A DNA stretch of 64,000 nucleotides from Deltaproteobacteria bacterium. Its GTDB lineage: Bacteria > Desulfobacterota > Desulfobacteria > Desulfobacterales > UBA2156. Below, one piece after another: positions 19,605 to 29,437 of the stretch. The translations under genes were made by a program, and so were the position numbers. The DNA lies in contig JAFDGC010000005.1 in assembly GCA_019309485.1 (NCBI GenBank), positions 20,596-84,595 of the forward strand, written 5' to 3'. The notes below the pieces were generated by a model. It was not told where the DNA came from and made no database searches. It saw nothing but the letters and a program-made list of their open reading frames with translations. How positions within the stretch are numbered: the first letter of the stretch is position 1; the number at the start of each line of letters is the position of its first letter.

Positions 19605-20981
19605 ATGCATACAGGAATCTTCAGGGAATACGACATCCGGGGTGTCACCGGAAAAGATTTCTTCGAAGACGATGTCACGCTCATCGGAAAAGGCATCGGC
19701 ACCTACCTGAAACGCCACGGGAAAACCCGCTTGACCGTGGGAAGGGACTGCCGGACAACATCACCGGCTTACGCCGAACAGGTCATCGAGGGTCTCCGAT
19801 CCGTCGGTTGCGATGTCACCGATATCGGGATATGTCCCACTCCGGTGTTTTACTTTTCCATCCAGCACCTGCAAAAAGAAGGCGGCGTCATGGTCACGGC
19901 CAGCCACAATCCGCCGGAATACAACGGGTTTAAAATCTGCAAGGATCTCGATTCGGTTCACGGGGAAGCGCTAAAAAAAATCTATACCCTCATCGAGAAC
20001 AAAGACTTTGAAACAGGATCGGGAGCGCTGGTAAAAGACGATGTCATTCCCGCGTACAGGGACTTCGTCACCGGGAATATCACCCTGAAACGCCCCCTTC
20101 GGGTGGGCGTGGATGCAGGAAACGGGACCGGCGGTGTGGTGGCCGTCCCCATCATGAAGGCCCTCGGCTGCGAAGTCCATGACCTTTACTGCGACATGGA
20201 CGGGACCTTCCCCAACCACGAAGCCGATCCCACCGTGGCGGAAAACCTCCGGGACCTCATCGCCCTGGTCCGGGAAAAAGGCCTCGATTTGGGGATCGCC
20301 TATGACGGAGACACGGATCGTATCGGCGTGGTGGACGAAAACGGAAACATCATTTACGGGGACAAGCTCATGATCCTTTTTTCCCGGGAAATCCTTTCCC
20401 GGAAGCCCGGGGCCACCTTCATTTCGGAAGTGAAATGCTCCAAGACCCTCTATGACGATATTCAAAAAAACGGGGGGCGGGCCATCATGTGGAAAACCGG
20501 GCATTCCCTCATCAAGGCCAAGATGAAAGAAGAAGGTGCGGAATTGGCCGGGGAAATGAGCGGCCACATGTTCTTCAAAGACCGGTATTTCGGATTCGAC
20601 GACGCCATCTACGCCTCCTGCCGCCTTTTGGAAATCCTTTCCGCCGCCGGAAAACCCCTTTCCACCCTCCTTTCGGACGTTCCCAAGACCCATACCACTC
20701 CCGAGATCCGGGTGGAATGCCCGGACGGCGTCAAGTTCGACGTGGTCAAGAAGATCACCGAGTATTTTCGAATTCGCCACGACGTCATTGATATCGACGG
20801 GGTGCGGGTCCTTTTTCACGACGGATGGGGGCTGGTCCGGGCCTCCAACACCCAGCCCGTCCTGGTCTTACGGTTCGAGGCCGAAACCGAGGCGCGGTTG
20901 AAGGAGATCCGCCGGATCGTCGAGACGGCCCTGTCCGCCATCCGCCAAAAGTCGGTACCGTCGAATTCCCGGGGCGCCTGA
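19605..20981 (+). CDS. Phosphomannomutase/phosphoglucomutase (alpha-D-phosphohexomutase family)
   Basis: Active-site loop TASHNPPEYNGFK, metal loop AYDGDTDR, and GEMSGH. Confidence 0.85.
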   Translation: MHTGIFREYDIRGVTGKDFFEDDVTLIGKGIGTYLKRHGKTRLTVGRDCRTTSPAYAEQVIEGLRSVGCDVTDIGICPTPVFYFSIQHLQKEGGVMVTASHNPPEYNGFKICKDLDSVHGEALKKIYTLIENKDFETGSGALVKDDVIPAYRDFVTGNITLKRPLRVGVDAGNGTGGVVAVPIMKALGCEVHDLYCDMDGTFPNHEADPTVAENLRDLIALVREKGLDLGIAYDGDTDRIGVVDENGNIIYGDKLMILFSREILSRKPGATFISEVKCSKTLYDDIQKNGGRAIMWKTGHSLIKAKMKEEGAELAGEMSGHMFFKDRYFGFDDAIYASCRLLEILSAAGKPLSTLLSDVPKTHTTPEIRVECPDGVKFDVVKKITEYFRIRHDVIDIDGVRVLFHDGWGLVRASNTQPVLVLRFEAETEARLKEIRRIVETALSAIRQKSVPSNSRGA

Positions 20982-20982
20982 T

Positions 20983-22170
20983 TTGGCCGGCCTCGATAAA
21001 AAAATCTTCGGGACCCTGTTTTTCTCCATTTTCGCCGCCGTCACCGGTGTGGGAATCGTGGTGCCCCTCCTCCCTGTCTATGCCCATGATCTGGGTGCGA
21101 GTGGATTTTTCATCGGCTTGATTTTCGGGTCCTTTTCCCTGTCCAGGACGGCTTTTTTGCCCTTTTTCGGCCGCCTTTCGGATAAAAAGGGGCGAAAACC
21201 CTTCATCGTTGCCGGCCTTTTGGCCTATGCCGTCATTTCGGCGGCATTCGCCCTTTCCCGGGACATCCCCACCCTCATCGGGATCCGGTTTTTCCAGGGG
21301 ATTGCCTCAGCCATGATCATGCCCGTGGCCCAGGCCTATGTAGGGGATATCGCCCCTACTGGGAAGGAAGGCTTCACCATGGGGATGTTCAACCTGTCGA
21401 TCTTTTTCAGCTTGAGCCTCGGACCCCTGTTGGGGGGGTACATCAACGATCACTTCGGGCTCAAAGCGGCGTTTTTGATCATGGGAGCTTTGGCGTTTCT
21501 CGCCTTTTTATCGAGCTATCTTTTTCTTCCCCCCACCCGAATGGAGGGAGTCCGGCCTTTTGACAAGAACCTGGCGGGATGGCGGCGCCTTTTAAAAGAC
21601 CGGGACCTGGCCGGGCTCTTTTTTTTCCGCTTTTCCTATACCGCCTGTATCGGGGTGATCTGGGGGTTTCTTCCGGTCTACGCCGCTTCCCTTTTTCACC
21701 TTTCCAGCTCCCTCATCGGCGTTCTGGTGATGCTGGGCGTTTTCATCAGCGGGCTGATTCAGGTCCCCATGGGGTATCTGGCGGATCGGGTCAACCGGAA
21801 GGGGATGATCCTCACGGGGGGAGGGCTCGCATGCTGTGCCCTTATCCTTTTTCAGTTTGCCCACGGATTCCGGGATCTTTTTGCCGCCAACATCCTTTTC
21901 GGACTCGGGGGGGGGATCGCCATGCCCCCTTTGATGGCCATGGCAGTATTCAAGGGGAACCGGGTCAAGGCCATGGGGTCCGTCATGGCCCTTTTGACCA
22001 TGGCCCATAGCGGCGGGATGCTCGCCGGTTCGGTGCTGGCCGGGCTCACCATGGATTTCTTTCAACTGCGCCACGCTTTTTCGGTGGGCGGCGTGATAAT
22101 GCTCCTGGGGGCGGGGTCTTTCTATCTTCTTACAGCCTCATCAACGACCTACCGGGCGCCGAAACGCTGA
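20983..22170 (+). CDS. MFS transporter
   Basis: 395 aa with about 12 TM segments and the MFS loop motif GRLSDKKGRKP. Confidence 0.8.
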   Translation: MAGLDKKIFGTLFFSIFAAVTGVGIVVPLLPVYAHDLGASGFFIGLIFGSFSLSRTAFLPFFGRLSDKKGRKPFIVAGLLAYAVISAAFALSRDIPTLIGIRFFQGIASAMIMPVAQAYVGDIAPTGKEGFTMGMFNLSIFFSLSLGPLLGGYINDHFGLKAAFLIMGALAFLAFLSSYLFLPPTRMEGVRPFDKNLAGWRRLLKDRDLAGLFFFRFSYTACIGVIWGFLPVYAASLFHLSSSLIGVLVMLGVFISGLIQVPMGYLADRVNRKGMILTGGGLACCALILFQFAHGFRDLFAANILFGLGGGIAMPPLMAMAVFKGNRVKAMGSVMALLTMAHSGGMLAGSVLAGLTMDFFQLRHAFSVGGVIMLLGAGSFYLLTASSTTYRAPKR

Positions 22171-22193
22171 CCTTTCCATGGGCTCCGCGGGCA

Positions 22194-24479
22194 TCAGAGG
22201 TTTTGATCGAGGACCCGCATCAACGTTTCAATCTTGTAGGGTTTTCCGATGGCACCCACAAATCCGTATTTCCGGTGGTCCAGCATGATGGGTTCGTCGC
22301 TGTATCCGCTGGAGACAAAAGCCTTCACCCCGGGATCGAGTTCCATGATCCGCTTGATGGTCTCTTTCCCCCCCATGCCGGCTTTCACCGTCACATCCAG
22401 GATCACCGCTTCGAAGGGCGCGCCGGCTTCTTTGGCCTTTTGGTATAATTCAACGGCCTCGCTCCCGTCCTTGGCAAATCTCACGGTGTAGCCCATTTCT
22501 TTAAGCATCTCGCCCACCACTTCCCGGACGATTTCCTCGTCGTCCATCACGAGAATCTTTCCTTTTGACCGTTCCGGGGCATCTCCCACCTCGAGGACCG
22601 CCGCCGTCTCCTGTTTGACGGATTCATAGGCCGGCAGGAAGAGATGCACCGTCGTCCCCGTCTCTTCCTGGGATTCCACGTGGACATAGCCTTCATGCCG
22701 TTTGATGATGGAATAGACCGTCGTGAGTCCCAGCCCCATCCCTTTTTCGAGCCCCTGTTCCTTGGTGGAAAAGTAGGGATCGAAGATTTTCGGCAGGTTT
22801 TTGGATGAGATGCCGACTCCGCGATCGGCAAAAGAGACTTGAACATATTTTCCGGCCGGCACGGTTTCCGTGGTATCCACCCGATTCCGTTCGAAAACGA
22901 CATTTCGGGCCGTCACCCGGACGACACCGCCCTTGGGCATGAACTCCATGGCGTTGATGACGATGTTGATGACGGCCTGCTTCATCTCTTCGGCATTATA
23001 CTCCGCCAACCAAAGATCCGCCGGGATATCGAATTCGTAGCAGATATTCGATCCGGACAGCGTCAGCGCCGTCACATCCTGGATCAGCGTTCCGATGGCG
23101 TCGACTTTCTTTACCGGTTTTTCCCCACGAGAGAAGTTGAGGAGCCGCTCGGTGAGTTCCCGGGCACGATCACAGGCCCTTTCCGCTTCGGCGAGAATCT
23201 GGGGCAATTTTCCCTCGGTTTTGGCATACATCCGGGCCAGGGAGATGTTTCCCACCACCGCGGTTAAAATATTGTTGAAATCATGGGCGATGCCTCCGGC
23301 CAACACCCCGATGGATTCCAGCTTTTTACTGTGGAGAATCTGTTCCTCCAGTCGCTTTTTCTCCGTGATATCTTTAAACACGCCCAGTGTGCCGATGGGA
23401 TTTCCGGCCTCGTCCCTGAGAAGCGATGCCGAAAGCATAATATCGATGACCTTGCCGTCTTTGGTCAAGAATTGCATTTCATGGTTTTTTAAATCGCCCT
23501 TTTGGCTTAAATGCCCCATGATCCGCTTGGCATCTTCCATCCCTTCCTTATAAAAGGTGTGGACATGCTTTCCGATGAGTTCCTTTTGGTCATAGCCGAG
23601 CATCTCCTGGAGTCTCGGCGTGGCATAGAGAATCTTTCCTTTCATGTCCGTGGTGGAGATGCCGTCCAGAGAGTTGTTGAGGATATTCTGGAGGAAATTC
23701 CGCGTCTTGATGAGGGAAATTTCCATTTTCCGTTTTTCCGTGACATCCCGCGCCACCCCTTTGAAACCGATGGAACGGTTTTTTTTGTCCTTGATGAGAC
23801 CGATGGATATCTCCAGGTGCCGGCGGCGGCCTTCTTTGGTGCGCAGTTCGTAGTCGAATCCCTTCACCGGGATTTCCGTACGATAGACTTCGTTATATTT
23901 TCGATAGACGAGTTTCGCGATCTCCGGTTCCATGAATTCCCGGTTGTTCATTCCCAAAAGCTGCTCTTTGGGCATGCCGATGATCTGGGCCATGGCGTCG
24001 TTGAGGAAGGTGAAGGTGCCTTCCAGATCCACTTCGTAGTAGCCCTCGGCCATCCCTTCGATGATCCCCCGGTAGCGCTCTTCACTCTCCTTGAGGGCCG
24101 TCTCCATTTGATGCCGGCAAAGGGTGGTTTCGACGGTGATTTTAAGGATTCGATCATCGAAGGGTTTCAAGAGGTAGGCGTACCCCCCGGAAAGGCAGGC
24201 TTGTTCCACCAGGGTTTCCTCCTCATGGGCGTTTAAAAAGACCACCGGAATCCGGAAGCGGTCCGATATGGCCTCGGCGGCGGCGATGCCGTCCATGTCC
24301 CCTTTTAAACGGATGTCCATCAGCACCAGATCCGGAGGGTTTTTCTTCGCCTCCCGGACCGCCGATTCCCCATCGTCGAGGATCGGCCCGGTCTGGTATC
24401 CCCAGTCCTTCAGCCGGGTCAAAATGTATTCGGCTTCAACCCTGTCGTCTTCCACCACCATGATCCGTTCATTTTTCAT
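22194..24479 (-). CDS. Hybrid sensor histidine kinase/response regulator (REC-PAS-PAS-HisKA-HATPase-REC)
   Basis: N-terminal receiver (PDLVLMDIRL), two PAS-like blocks, H-box GGIAHDFNNIL, ATPase G-boxes (DRGVGIS, GMGLGL), and a C-terminal receiver (FEAVILDVTV). Confidence 0.9.
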   Translation of the reverse strand: MKNERIMVVEDDRVEAEYILTRLKDWGYQTGPILDDGESAVREAKKNPPDLVLMDIRLKGDMDGIAAAEAISDRFRIPVVFLNAHEEETLVEQACLSGGYAYLLKPFDDRILKITVETTLCRHQMETALKESEERYRGIIEGMAEGYYEVDLEGTFTFLNDAMAQIIGMPKEQLLGMNNREFMEPEIAKLVYRKYNEVYRTEIPVKGFDYELRTKEGRRRHLEISIGLIKDKKNRSIGFKGVARDVTEKRKMEISLIKTRNFLQNILNNSLDGISTTDMKGKILYATPRLQEMLGYDQKELIGKHVHTFYKEGMEDAKRIMGHLSQKGDLKNHEMQFLTKDGKVIDIMLSASLLRDEAGNPIGTLGVFKDITEKKRLEEQILHSKKLESIGVLAGGIAHDFNNILTAVVGNISLARMYAKTEGKLPQILAEAERACDRARELTERLLNFSRGEKPVKKVDAIGTLIQDVTALTLSGSNICYEFDIPADLWLAEYNAEEMKQAVINIVINAMEFMPKGGVVRVTARNVVFERNRVDTTETVPAGKYVQVSFADRGVGISSKNLPKIFDPYFSTKEQGLEKGMGLGLTTVYSIIKRHEGYVHVESQEETGTTVHLFLPAYESVKQETAAVLEVGDAPERSKGKILVMDDEEIVREVVGEMLKEMGYTVRFAKDGSEAVELYQKAKEAGAPFEAVILDVTVKAGMGGKETIKRIMELDPGVKAFVSSGYSDEPIMLDHRKYGFVGAIGKPYKIETLMRVLDQNL

Positions 24480-24709
24480 GGGCCTTCTCCGCTATCGAAT
24501 ACACCGTTTTCATCCATCAACACGCAACAGAAGGGCGGAAACGGTTTAGCCTTTAAACCCTTCCCCCGTTTGTTGAATAAGCTGAAGTGTTTCAGATGGT
24601 TGAGCAGCTCCGGGAAAGTGGTTACATCCGCCAAGTCATTGCATACAAAATAGACTTTTTTTCCGAAAAGTGTCAATGCCAATTTAGATCCCGCTTCCGG
24701 ATGCCGCGT

Positions 24710-25624
24710 CTAAAGGTGTTCAGGAGGAAAAGCCACCCCGTTTTTCACTGCCGGTGCATCCGCCAGAATCATGACCAGCCGGTCAAATCCGAGGGCGTTT
24801 CCGGCACACTCGGGCATCCATTGCAGTTCCTCGAGAAATTTTTCGGGCATAGGATAAGCGGATTTTCCGGCCGCCTGCCGGAAGGCCATCTCGGTTTCAA
24901 ACCGCCGGCGCTGTTCCACGGGGTCCGTCAACTCGAAAAATCCGCTGCACAGCTCGATCCCGAAAAGATACAGCTCGAAACGCAGGCAAAAGGAAGGATC
25001 ATCCGGATCCAACCGGGCCAGGGATCCCAACGCCGCCGGATATCGATGCAAAAAAAGCGGTCTTTCAAATCCCAGATGGGGTTCGATCTCCCGGGTGAGG
25101 ATTTCTTCAAATCGCCCTTCGGAAAGGGCCCGGTCCAGGCCGATGGAGGCAAAGCGGTCAAAGGCCCCGGCCACCGTCATCGTCGGCCAGGGGCTTTCCA
25201 TGCAGACGGTGCGCCCCTGGTAGGAAAACGTCTTTTCCTTCCCCGCCGCACCGGCGCAAAACCGGACCAGGGCTTCGGTCTGTTTCATCAGCTGGAAATG
25301 GTCCCACCCGGCGGCGTACCATTCCAGGAGGGTGAATTCCGGAAGATGGCGCCGTCCTCGTTCTCCTTTTCGAAAGCACCGGGACACCTGAAAAATCCGA
25401 TCGTATCCGGCGCACAGCATCCGCTTCATGCACAGTTCCGGGGAAGTGTGCAAAAACCAGTCTTCAGAGGCCACCGCATCAATGTGGGCTTCCGGTGCCA
25501 CCATGGGCACCCGGCAGGGCGTTTCCACCTCCAGGAACCCATCTTGTTCAAAAAAGCGGCGCACCGCCCGGAGGAGTTTGGCTCTGAGAATCAGCGTCCT
25601 TTTTTTTTCGCGGAGTCGATTCAT
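24710..25624 (-). CDS. epmA: Elongation factor P--(R)-beta-lysine ligase (EpmA/GenX/PoxA, class II aaRS-like)
   Basis: FLEVETP, SPELCMKR, FRKGERGRRHLPEFTLLEWY and GNALGFDRLVM match the EpmA layout I recall from E. coli. The start is ATG 25624, or alternatively GTG 25648. Confidence 0.7.
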   Translation of the reverse strand: MNRLREKKRTLILRAKLLRAVRRFFEQDGFLEVETPCRVPMVAPEAHIDAVASEDWFLHTSPELCMKRMLCAGYDRIFQVSRCFRKGERGRRHLPEFTLLEWYAAGWDHFQLMKQTEALVRFCAGAAGKEKTFSYQGRTVCMESPWPTMTVAGAFDRFASIGLDRALSEGRFEEILTREIEPHLGFERPLFLHRYPAALGSLARLDPDDPSFCLRFELYLFGIELCSGFFELTDPVEQRRRFETEMAFRQAAGKSAYPMPEKFLEELQWMPECAGNALGFDRLVMILADAPAVKNGVAFPPEHL

Positions 25625-25641
25625 CGGGAAAATTCCAGAAA

Positions 25642-25676
25642 GTGGCACCCTCCGGCCCTGAAGGGCGGGGTTCCCC
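25642..25676 (+). repeat. Degenerate single-hairpin copy of the GC-rich element family
   Basis: GTGGCACCCTCCGGCCCTGAAGGGCGGGGTTCCCC compares with GTGGAGCCCTCCCGCCCTGAAGGGCGGGGCTCCC (48.4 kb copy, sense strand). It has two stem mismatches. Confidence 0.5.
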
Positions 25677-25765
25677 GTGCTTGGGACTTTTTAACCAAAG
25701 GGGGCTGCGGAGCCGTGTGTCTGAGAAACGGTTTCCTTTGTTGGGGGTGCCGGGGTCCGTCGGAA

Positions 25766-25998
25766 AAAGGGATTGCATCCATTTTAAGCGTTCCCATCAT
25801 GGCCAAGGACGAGGTGATCGGGGCCTTGCGTTTCTACACGGCAACCCCCCGTCGCTTCACGGAAGATGAAATCATGCTCACCACCGCCCTGGCCCACCAG
25901 GGTGATTGGCGATCTTGAACACTTCTTATTTCATCGCCCTGGAAAGGGGTATGAAGGACCTCAAGGACAACCTCTGGAGCCACCGCTCCTGGTTCTGA
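25766..25998 (+). pseudogene. 3' remnant of a GAF-domain gene with an internal frame break
   Basis: GIASILSVPIMAKDEVIGALRFYTATPRRFTEDEIMLTTALAHQG is a typical GAF C-terminal block, and that frame stops at 25916..25918. The plausible continuation LAILNTSYFIALERGMKDLKDNLWSHRSWF* is in another frame. No N-terminal GAF half is present upstream. Confidence 0.5.
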
Positions 25999-26000
25999 CC

Positions 26001-27269
26001 CTACCGGATCCGGCGCAACACCGTGGTGCAATTGGTCACTGCGGATCCGCCCACGTTGAAGACCACCCCGACCTCCGGCGTCCCTTTTGCGGGACTGAGG
26101 CCGATGGGCTCCCCGATGAGCTGCTTGTAGACCAGGGCATGCATGGACGCCCCCGTGGCCCCCACGGGATGCCCCTTTGATTTGAGCCCGCCGGAGAGAT
26201 TGACAGGGCAGTCGTCTTCCGGCGTGAATCGGCCCTCCATGAAATCATAGCCGCCCCGGCCGTCTTTGGAAAGCCCCAGAGCCTCCACGCTCAGGATCTG
26301 GTTGATGGTGAAACAGTCGTGGACTTCGGCCAGATCCACATCGGCAATGGTGATGCCGGCTTCATCGAAGGCTCGCTGAACCGATCGCTTCCCCGCCATG
26401 AGTTCGTGCATGTTGGGACGCACGTTTTCTGCAAGCCTCTCCGTGGCCATGCCGATCCCGGCGATCTCCACCGCCCGGGGACACATGGATCCCGCCGCCG
26501 TGTTCGCGGCCAGGACCACGGCGGCTGCCCCGTCGGTGACCAGGGAGCAGTCGTGGAGCCGCAATGGGGGGACGATCATGGGGTTTCCCCCTTTTCCGCT
26601 TTCCGGGAGATTCAAAATGGCCTCCGCCGTGGTGAGTCCGTATTTGTCGGGAGGGCTCCCCTTCCCGAAGTGGGCCAGGGGGTTTTGGATCCCGTTCCGG
26701 TAGCAAAGCGCCGAAACGGCAGCGAACATCCGACGGAGCGTTTCATCGGAGAGATGCCAATGAGCCCGGTACCCCTTGGCATACTCGGCGAAAAGACCTG
26801 GAAAGGTCACCCCCTTGGCCCCTTCAGTGGGCCAGTGGGAGGAACAGGCCAGGACATGGGTCATCTCCCTGGTGGGAAGAAGGTTCATCTTCTCCACGCC
26901 GATGACCAGGACCCTTCGAAATCGGCCCGACTCGATCGCGAAAACCGCATTATAAAGGGCCACCGAAGAAGAGGCGCAGGCCCCTTCCGTGCGGGTGGTG
27001 GGCACGAAGCGCAGGGCGTCCGGGGCCACTTCCAGGCCCAAGGGCGCCACGTGTTCCTGGTTTACGAAAAGCGACGGGCTGCAGGATCCCACCCAGATGC
27101 CGTCGATATCTTCCGGGGCAAGCCCGGCGTCCTCGATGGCCCCTCTTCCCGCCTCCTCCAAGAGTTCGTAATAGGATTTGGTGTCCCGGATCTCCCCGGT
27201 TTGGGGGTCTCTTTCCACGAAGGCCCCGAACCGGGTGTTGTATGCCCCGATGATGCTGACGCGACTCAT
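26001..27269 (-). CDS. Thiolase-family protein (SCP-x / non-specific lipid-transfer-type thiolase)
   Basis: 422 aa with the active-site Cys context TRTEGACASSSVAL and C-terminal GHPVGATG...NVGGSA. Confidence 0.8.
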   Translation of the reverse strand: MSRVSIIGAYNTRFGAFVERDPQTGEIRDTKSYYELLEEAGRGAIEDAGLAPEDIDGIWVGSCSPSLFVNQEHVAPLGLEVAPDALRFVPTTRTEGACASSSVALYNAVFAIESGRFRRVLVIGVEKMNLLPTREMTHVLACSSHWPTEGAKGVTFPGLFAEYAKGYRAHWHLSDETLRRMFAAVSALCYRNGIQNPLAHFGKGSPPDKYGLTTAEAILNLPESGKGGNPMIVPPLRLHDCSLVTDGAAAVVLAANTAAGSMCPRAVEIAGIGMATERLAENVRPNMHELMAGKRSVQRAFDEAGITIADVDLAEVHDCFTINQILSVEALGLSKDGRGGYDFMEGRFTPEDDCPVNLSGGLKSKGHPVGATGASMHALVYKQLIGEPIGLSPAKGTPEVGVVFNVGGSAVTNCTTVLRRIR

Positions 27270-27282
27270 GCAAAAACCTCCT

Positions 27283-27627
27283 TTATCCTTTGGATCCTAA
27301 TCTCAAACCGCCATGGATGAAAAAGACATCCCCGGCCAACGCTTCGTTTCTATACAATTTTCCCACAAAAGAAGCCACCTCTTCGGGTTCGACGAGGCGC
27401 CCGATGGGAACGTTCTCCAGGATTTTTTCCAAAGCTTTCTGGTTCATCCCGGTCAGTATCGGGTCGGCCACGTAGCCTGGCGCAACGGCCACGCAGCGGA
27501 TCCGATGGGAAAGATCCCGTCGAAAGAATTCTGCGGTGATCACCTCGGGCATCACCGAGACGGCGGCCTTGGTGGAAGAATAATTAATCTGCCCGGCGGT
27601 TCCCAGGGAACCGGTGGAAAAAAGTGC
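27283..27627 (-). pseudogene. 5'-truncated short-chain dehydrogenase/reductase (SDR) remnant
   Basis: The frame reads (stop TAG 27630..27628) ALFSTGSLGTAGQINYSSTKAAVSVMPEVITAEF...RCVAVAPGYV...GRLVEPEEVA...FIHGG. This covers the catalytic YxxxK region and the C-terminus only. The Rossmann TGxxxGxG half is missing. Confidence 0.65.
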
Positions 27628-27628
27628 C

Positions 27629-27785
27629 TATGTCACCCTGAGCGAGGTGGGCCAAGCAATCGAGCTTGCCGTCGATGAAATCAATGCCGCAGGCGGGTTC
27701 CTCGGCAAGCACCTCATTCAGCTGTTTATCCGTGACACCCGGACCGATCAGGAGACCGCGGCCGTTGTAAATGCGTTCATTGTAG
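27629..27785 (+). pseudogene. Internal fragment of a Leu/Ile/Val-type (LivK-like) periplasmic binding protein gene
   Basis: YVTLSEVGQAIELAVDEINAAGGFLGKHLIQLFIRDTRTDQETAAVVNAFIV matches the N-terminal lobe pattern (lAv.eiNaaGGvlGk.l.l...D) but has no signal peptide and no remainder. It abuts the SDR truncation point. Confidence 0.45.
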
Positions 27786-27998
27786 ATATCCTGGCAAAAA
27801 AACCGGATTTCGTCTTTCCTACCGAAATAATATTTTCCGTATCCATGAACGATTGGCCATCCTTCGTTTTATTTTTTTCCGGTTCTTCATCGAAATCCCT
27901 GCAGAACGCGGAACCCTTTATTGCGAAGTTTTGTACGATTGATTATAAAGTCTTTATGCATCGATGAATTCCGGAAAAAGGTGATGAAAATCAAATGA

Positions 27999-28127
27999 TT
28001 GACGCGACGGTTCTTTAGAACACGGCACGAAAAAGAGACGCGTCCCGGTACCGTTCTCTATTCCAAGCGCATCAAGGCCGCTCTGGATTCGAATCATATC
28101 TTGAACCCGGGAAAAATCACCGGGTGA
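27999..28127 (+). pseudogene. 3' remnant of an FAD-linked oxidase (GlcD-like) gene
   Basis: The frame ends ...GTVLYSKRIKAALDSNHILNPGKITG*, a typical GlcD/FAD-oxidase C-terminus (iK.alDP.gilNPGK). Its stop overlaps the start of the GlcF-like gene (GTGA). An in-frame stop lies immediately upstream of 27999. Confidence 0.5.
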
Positions 28128-29437
28128 CCGGAAAGCCCATGTCCGACGTCAAAGCCATCGCCCGCCTCATGCGGGAACTCGAAGACCAACTCGCAGTGTG
28201 CATGCGCTGCGGCATGTGCCAGGCGGTCTGCCCGGTCTTTTCCCGGACCGGCCGAGAAGCGGACGTGGCGCGCGGCAAGCTCGCCCTCCTCGACGGCCTC
28301 ATGGAGGAGCTGTTTGAAAATCCCGAGGGGGTCAACGAACGGCTCAACCGGTGCCTGCTGTGCGGGAGCTGCGCCGCCAACTGCCCCAGCGGGGTGAAGG
28401 TCCTCGACATCTTTCTCAAGGCCCGGGTGATCCTGACGGGCTTTATTGGGCTCTCCCCGGCCAAGCGATTGGTTCTAAGGGGGCTTCTTTCCCGACCCCT
28501 CGTTTTCGACCGGGCAGTGGAATGGGCCGGCCGGTTTCAACGGATCTTCACGAAACCTGCCAACGAGATCGTCGGCACTTCCTGCGCCCGCATCGCCTCC
28601 CCTTTTCTGAAAGACCGCCATTTTCATCCCCTGGCCCCGGAAGCCTTCCACCAGGAGACACCGGAAATGGACACGCCCGCCGGAAAAAGCGGCCTTCGGG
28701 TGGGGTTCTTCGTGGGATGCCTCATCGACAAGGTTTTCCCCCGGGTGGCCCGGGCGAGTCTTCGTGTTATGGACCGATACGACGTGGGCGTCTTTTTACC
28801 TAAGCATCAGGGCTGCTGCGGAATTCCGGCCCTTTCCTCCGGAGACCGGAAGACCTTTTTACGCCTTTTGCACCATAACCTTAACCTGTTCGAAACCGCT
28901 TCCTTCGACGTACTTATGAGCGCCTGCGCCACCTGTACCGCCACCATTAAAACAATCTGGCCCGTCATGGTGCAGGATCAGCCCGCAGCACTTCAAGACC
29001 GGGTCCGTCGCCTCAGTGAAAAGACCGAGGATATCAGCGCATTTATCGTTTCCCGTTTCAACCCGGCGCCGGCGGGACATACGGAGGGGGCTTCCGTCGT
29101 TACCTATCACGACCCCTGTCACCTTAAAAAATCCCTGGGGGTTTTCCGGGAACCCCGGCGCCTGATCCAGGCCAACCCCGAATACCGCCTGGTGGAAATG
29201 GCCGAAGCGGATGCGTGTTGCGGCATGGGAGGGGCGTTTAATCTGCAATACCATGAAATATCCACCCAGATCGGCACACTGAAGCGGGACCGAGTCGTGG
29301 ACACCGGCGCCTCCGTGGCGGCGACGGGGTGCCCGGCGTGCATGATGCAGCTTTCGGATATGCTTTCCCGCAAAGATGATCGCATTTCCGTGTGCCATCC
29401 CATTGAAATATTTTCACAAATCAAGAAGTTGCCATGA
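28124..29437 (+). CDS. (Fe-S)-binding protein, GlcF/heterodisulfide-reductase-like with two CCG domains
   Basis: Two ferredoxin-type motifs (CMRCGMCQAVCP, CLLCGSCAANCP) and CCG motifs (CCGIPA, CCGMGG). The start is GTG 28124 or ATG 28139. Confidence 0.8.
   Translation: MTGKPMSDVKAIARLMRELEDQLAVCMRCGMCQAVCPVFSRTGREADVARGKLALLDGLMEELFENPEGVNERLNRCLLCGSCAANCPSGVKVLDIFLKARVILTGFIGLSPAKRLVLRGLLSRPLVFDRAVEWAGRFQRIFTKPANEIVGTSCARIASPFLKDRHFHPLAPEAFHQETPEMDTPAGKSGLRVGFFVGCLIDKVFPRVARASLRVMDRYDVGVFLPKHQGCCGIPALSSGDRKTFLRLLHHNLNLFETASFDVLMSACATCTATIKTIWPVMVQDQPAALQDRVRRLSEKTEDISAFIVSRFNPAPAGHTEGASVVTYHDPCHLKKSLGVFREPRRLIQANPEYRLVEMAEADACCGMGGAFNLQYHEISTQIGTLKRDRVVDTGASVAATGCPACMMQLSDMLSRKDDRISVCHPIEIFSQIKKLP

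Noticed and set aside
24476-24682. 68-aa ORF upstream of the histidine kinase
   Set aside because: No SD and no recognisable motif. It overlaps the kinase start, and the region is better explained as the promoter/leader (a TTGACA-N18-TATTTT-like promoter lies on the minus strand near 24650..24690).
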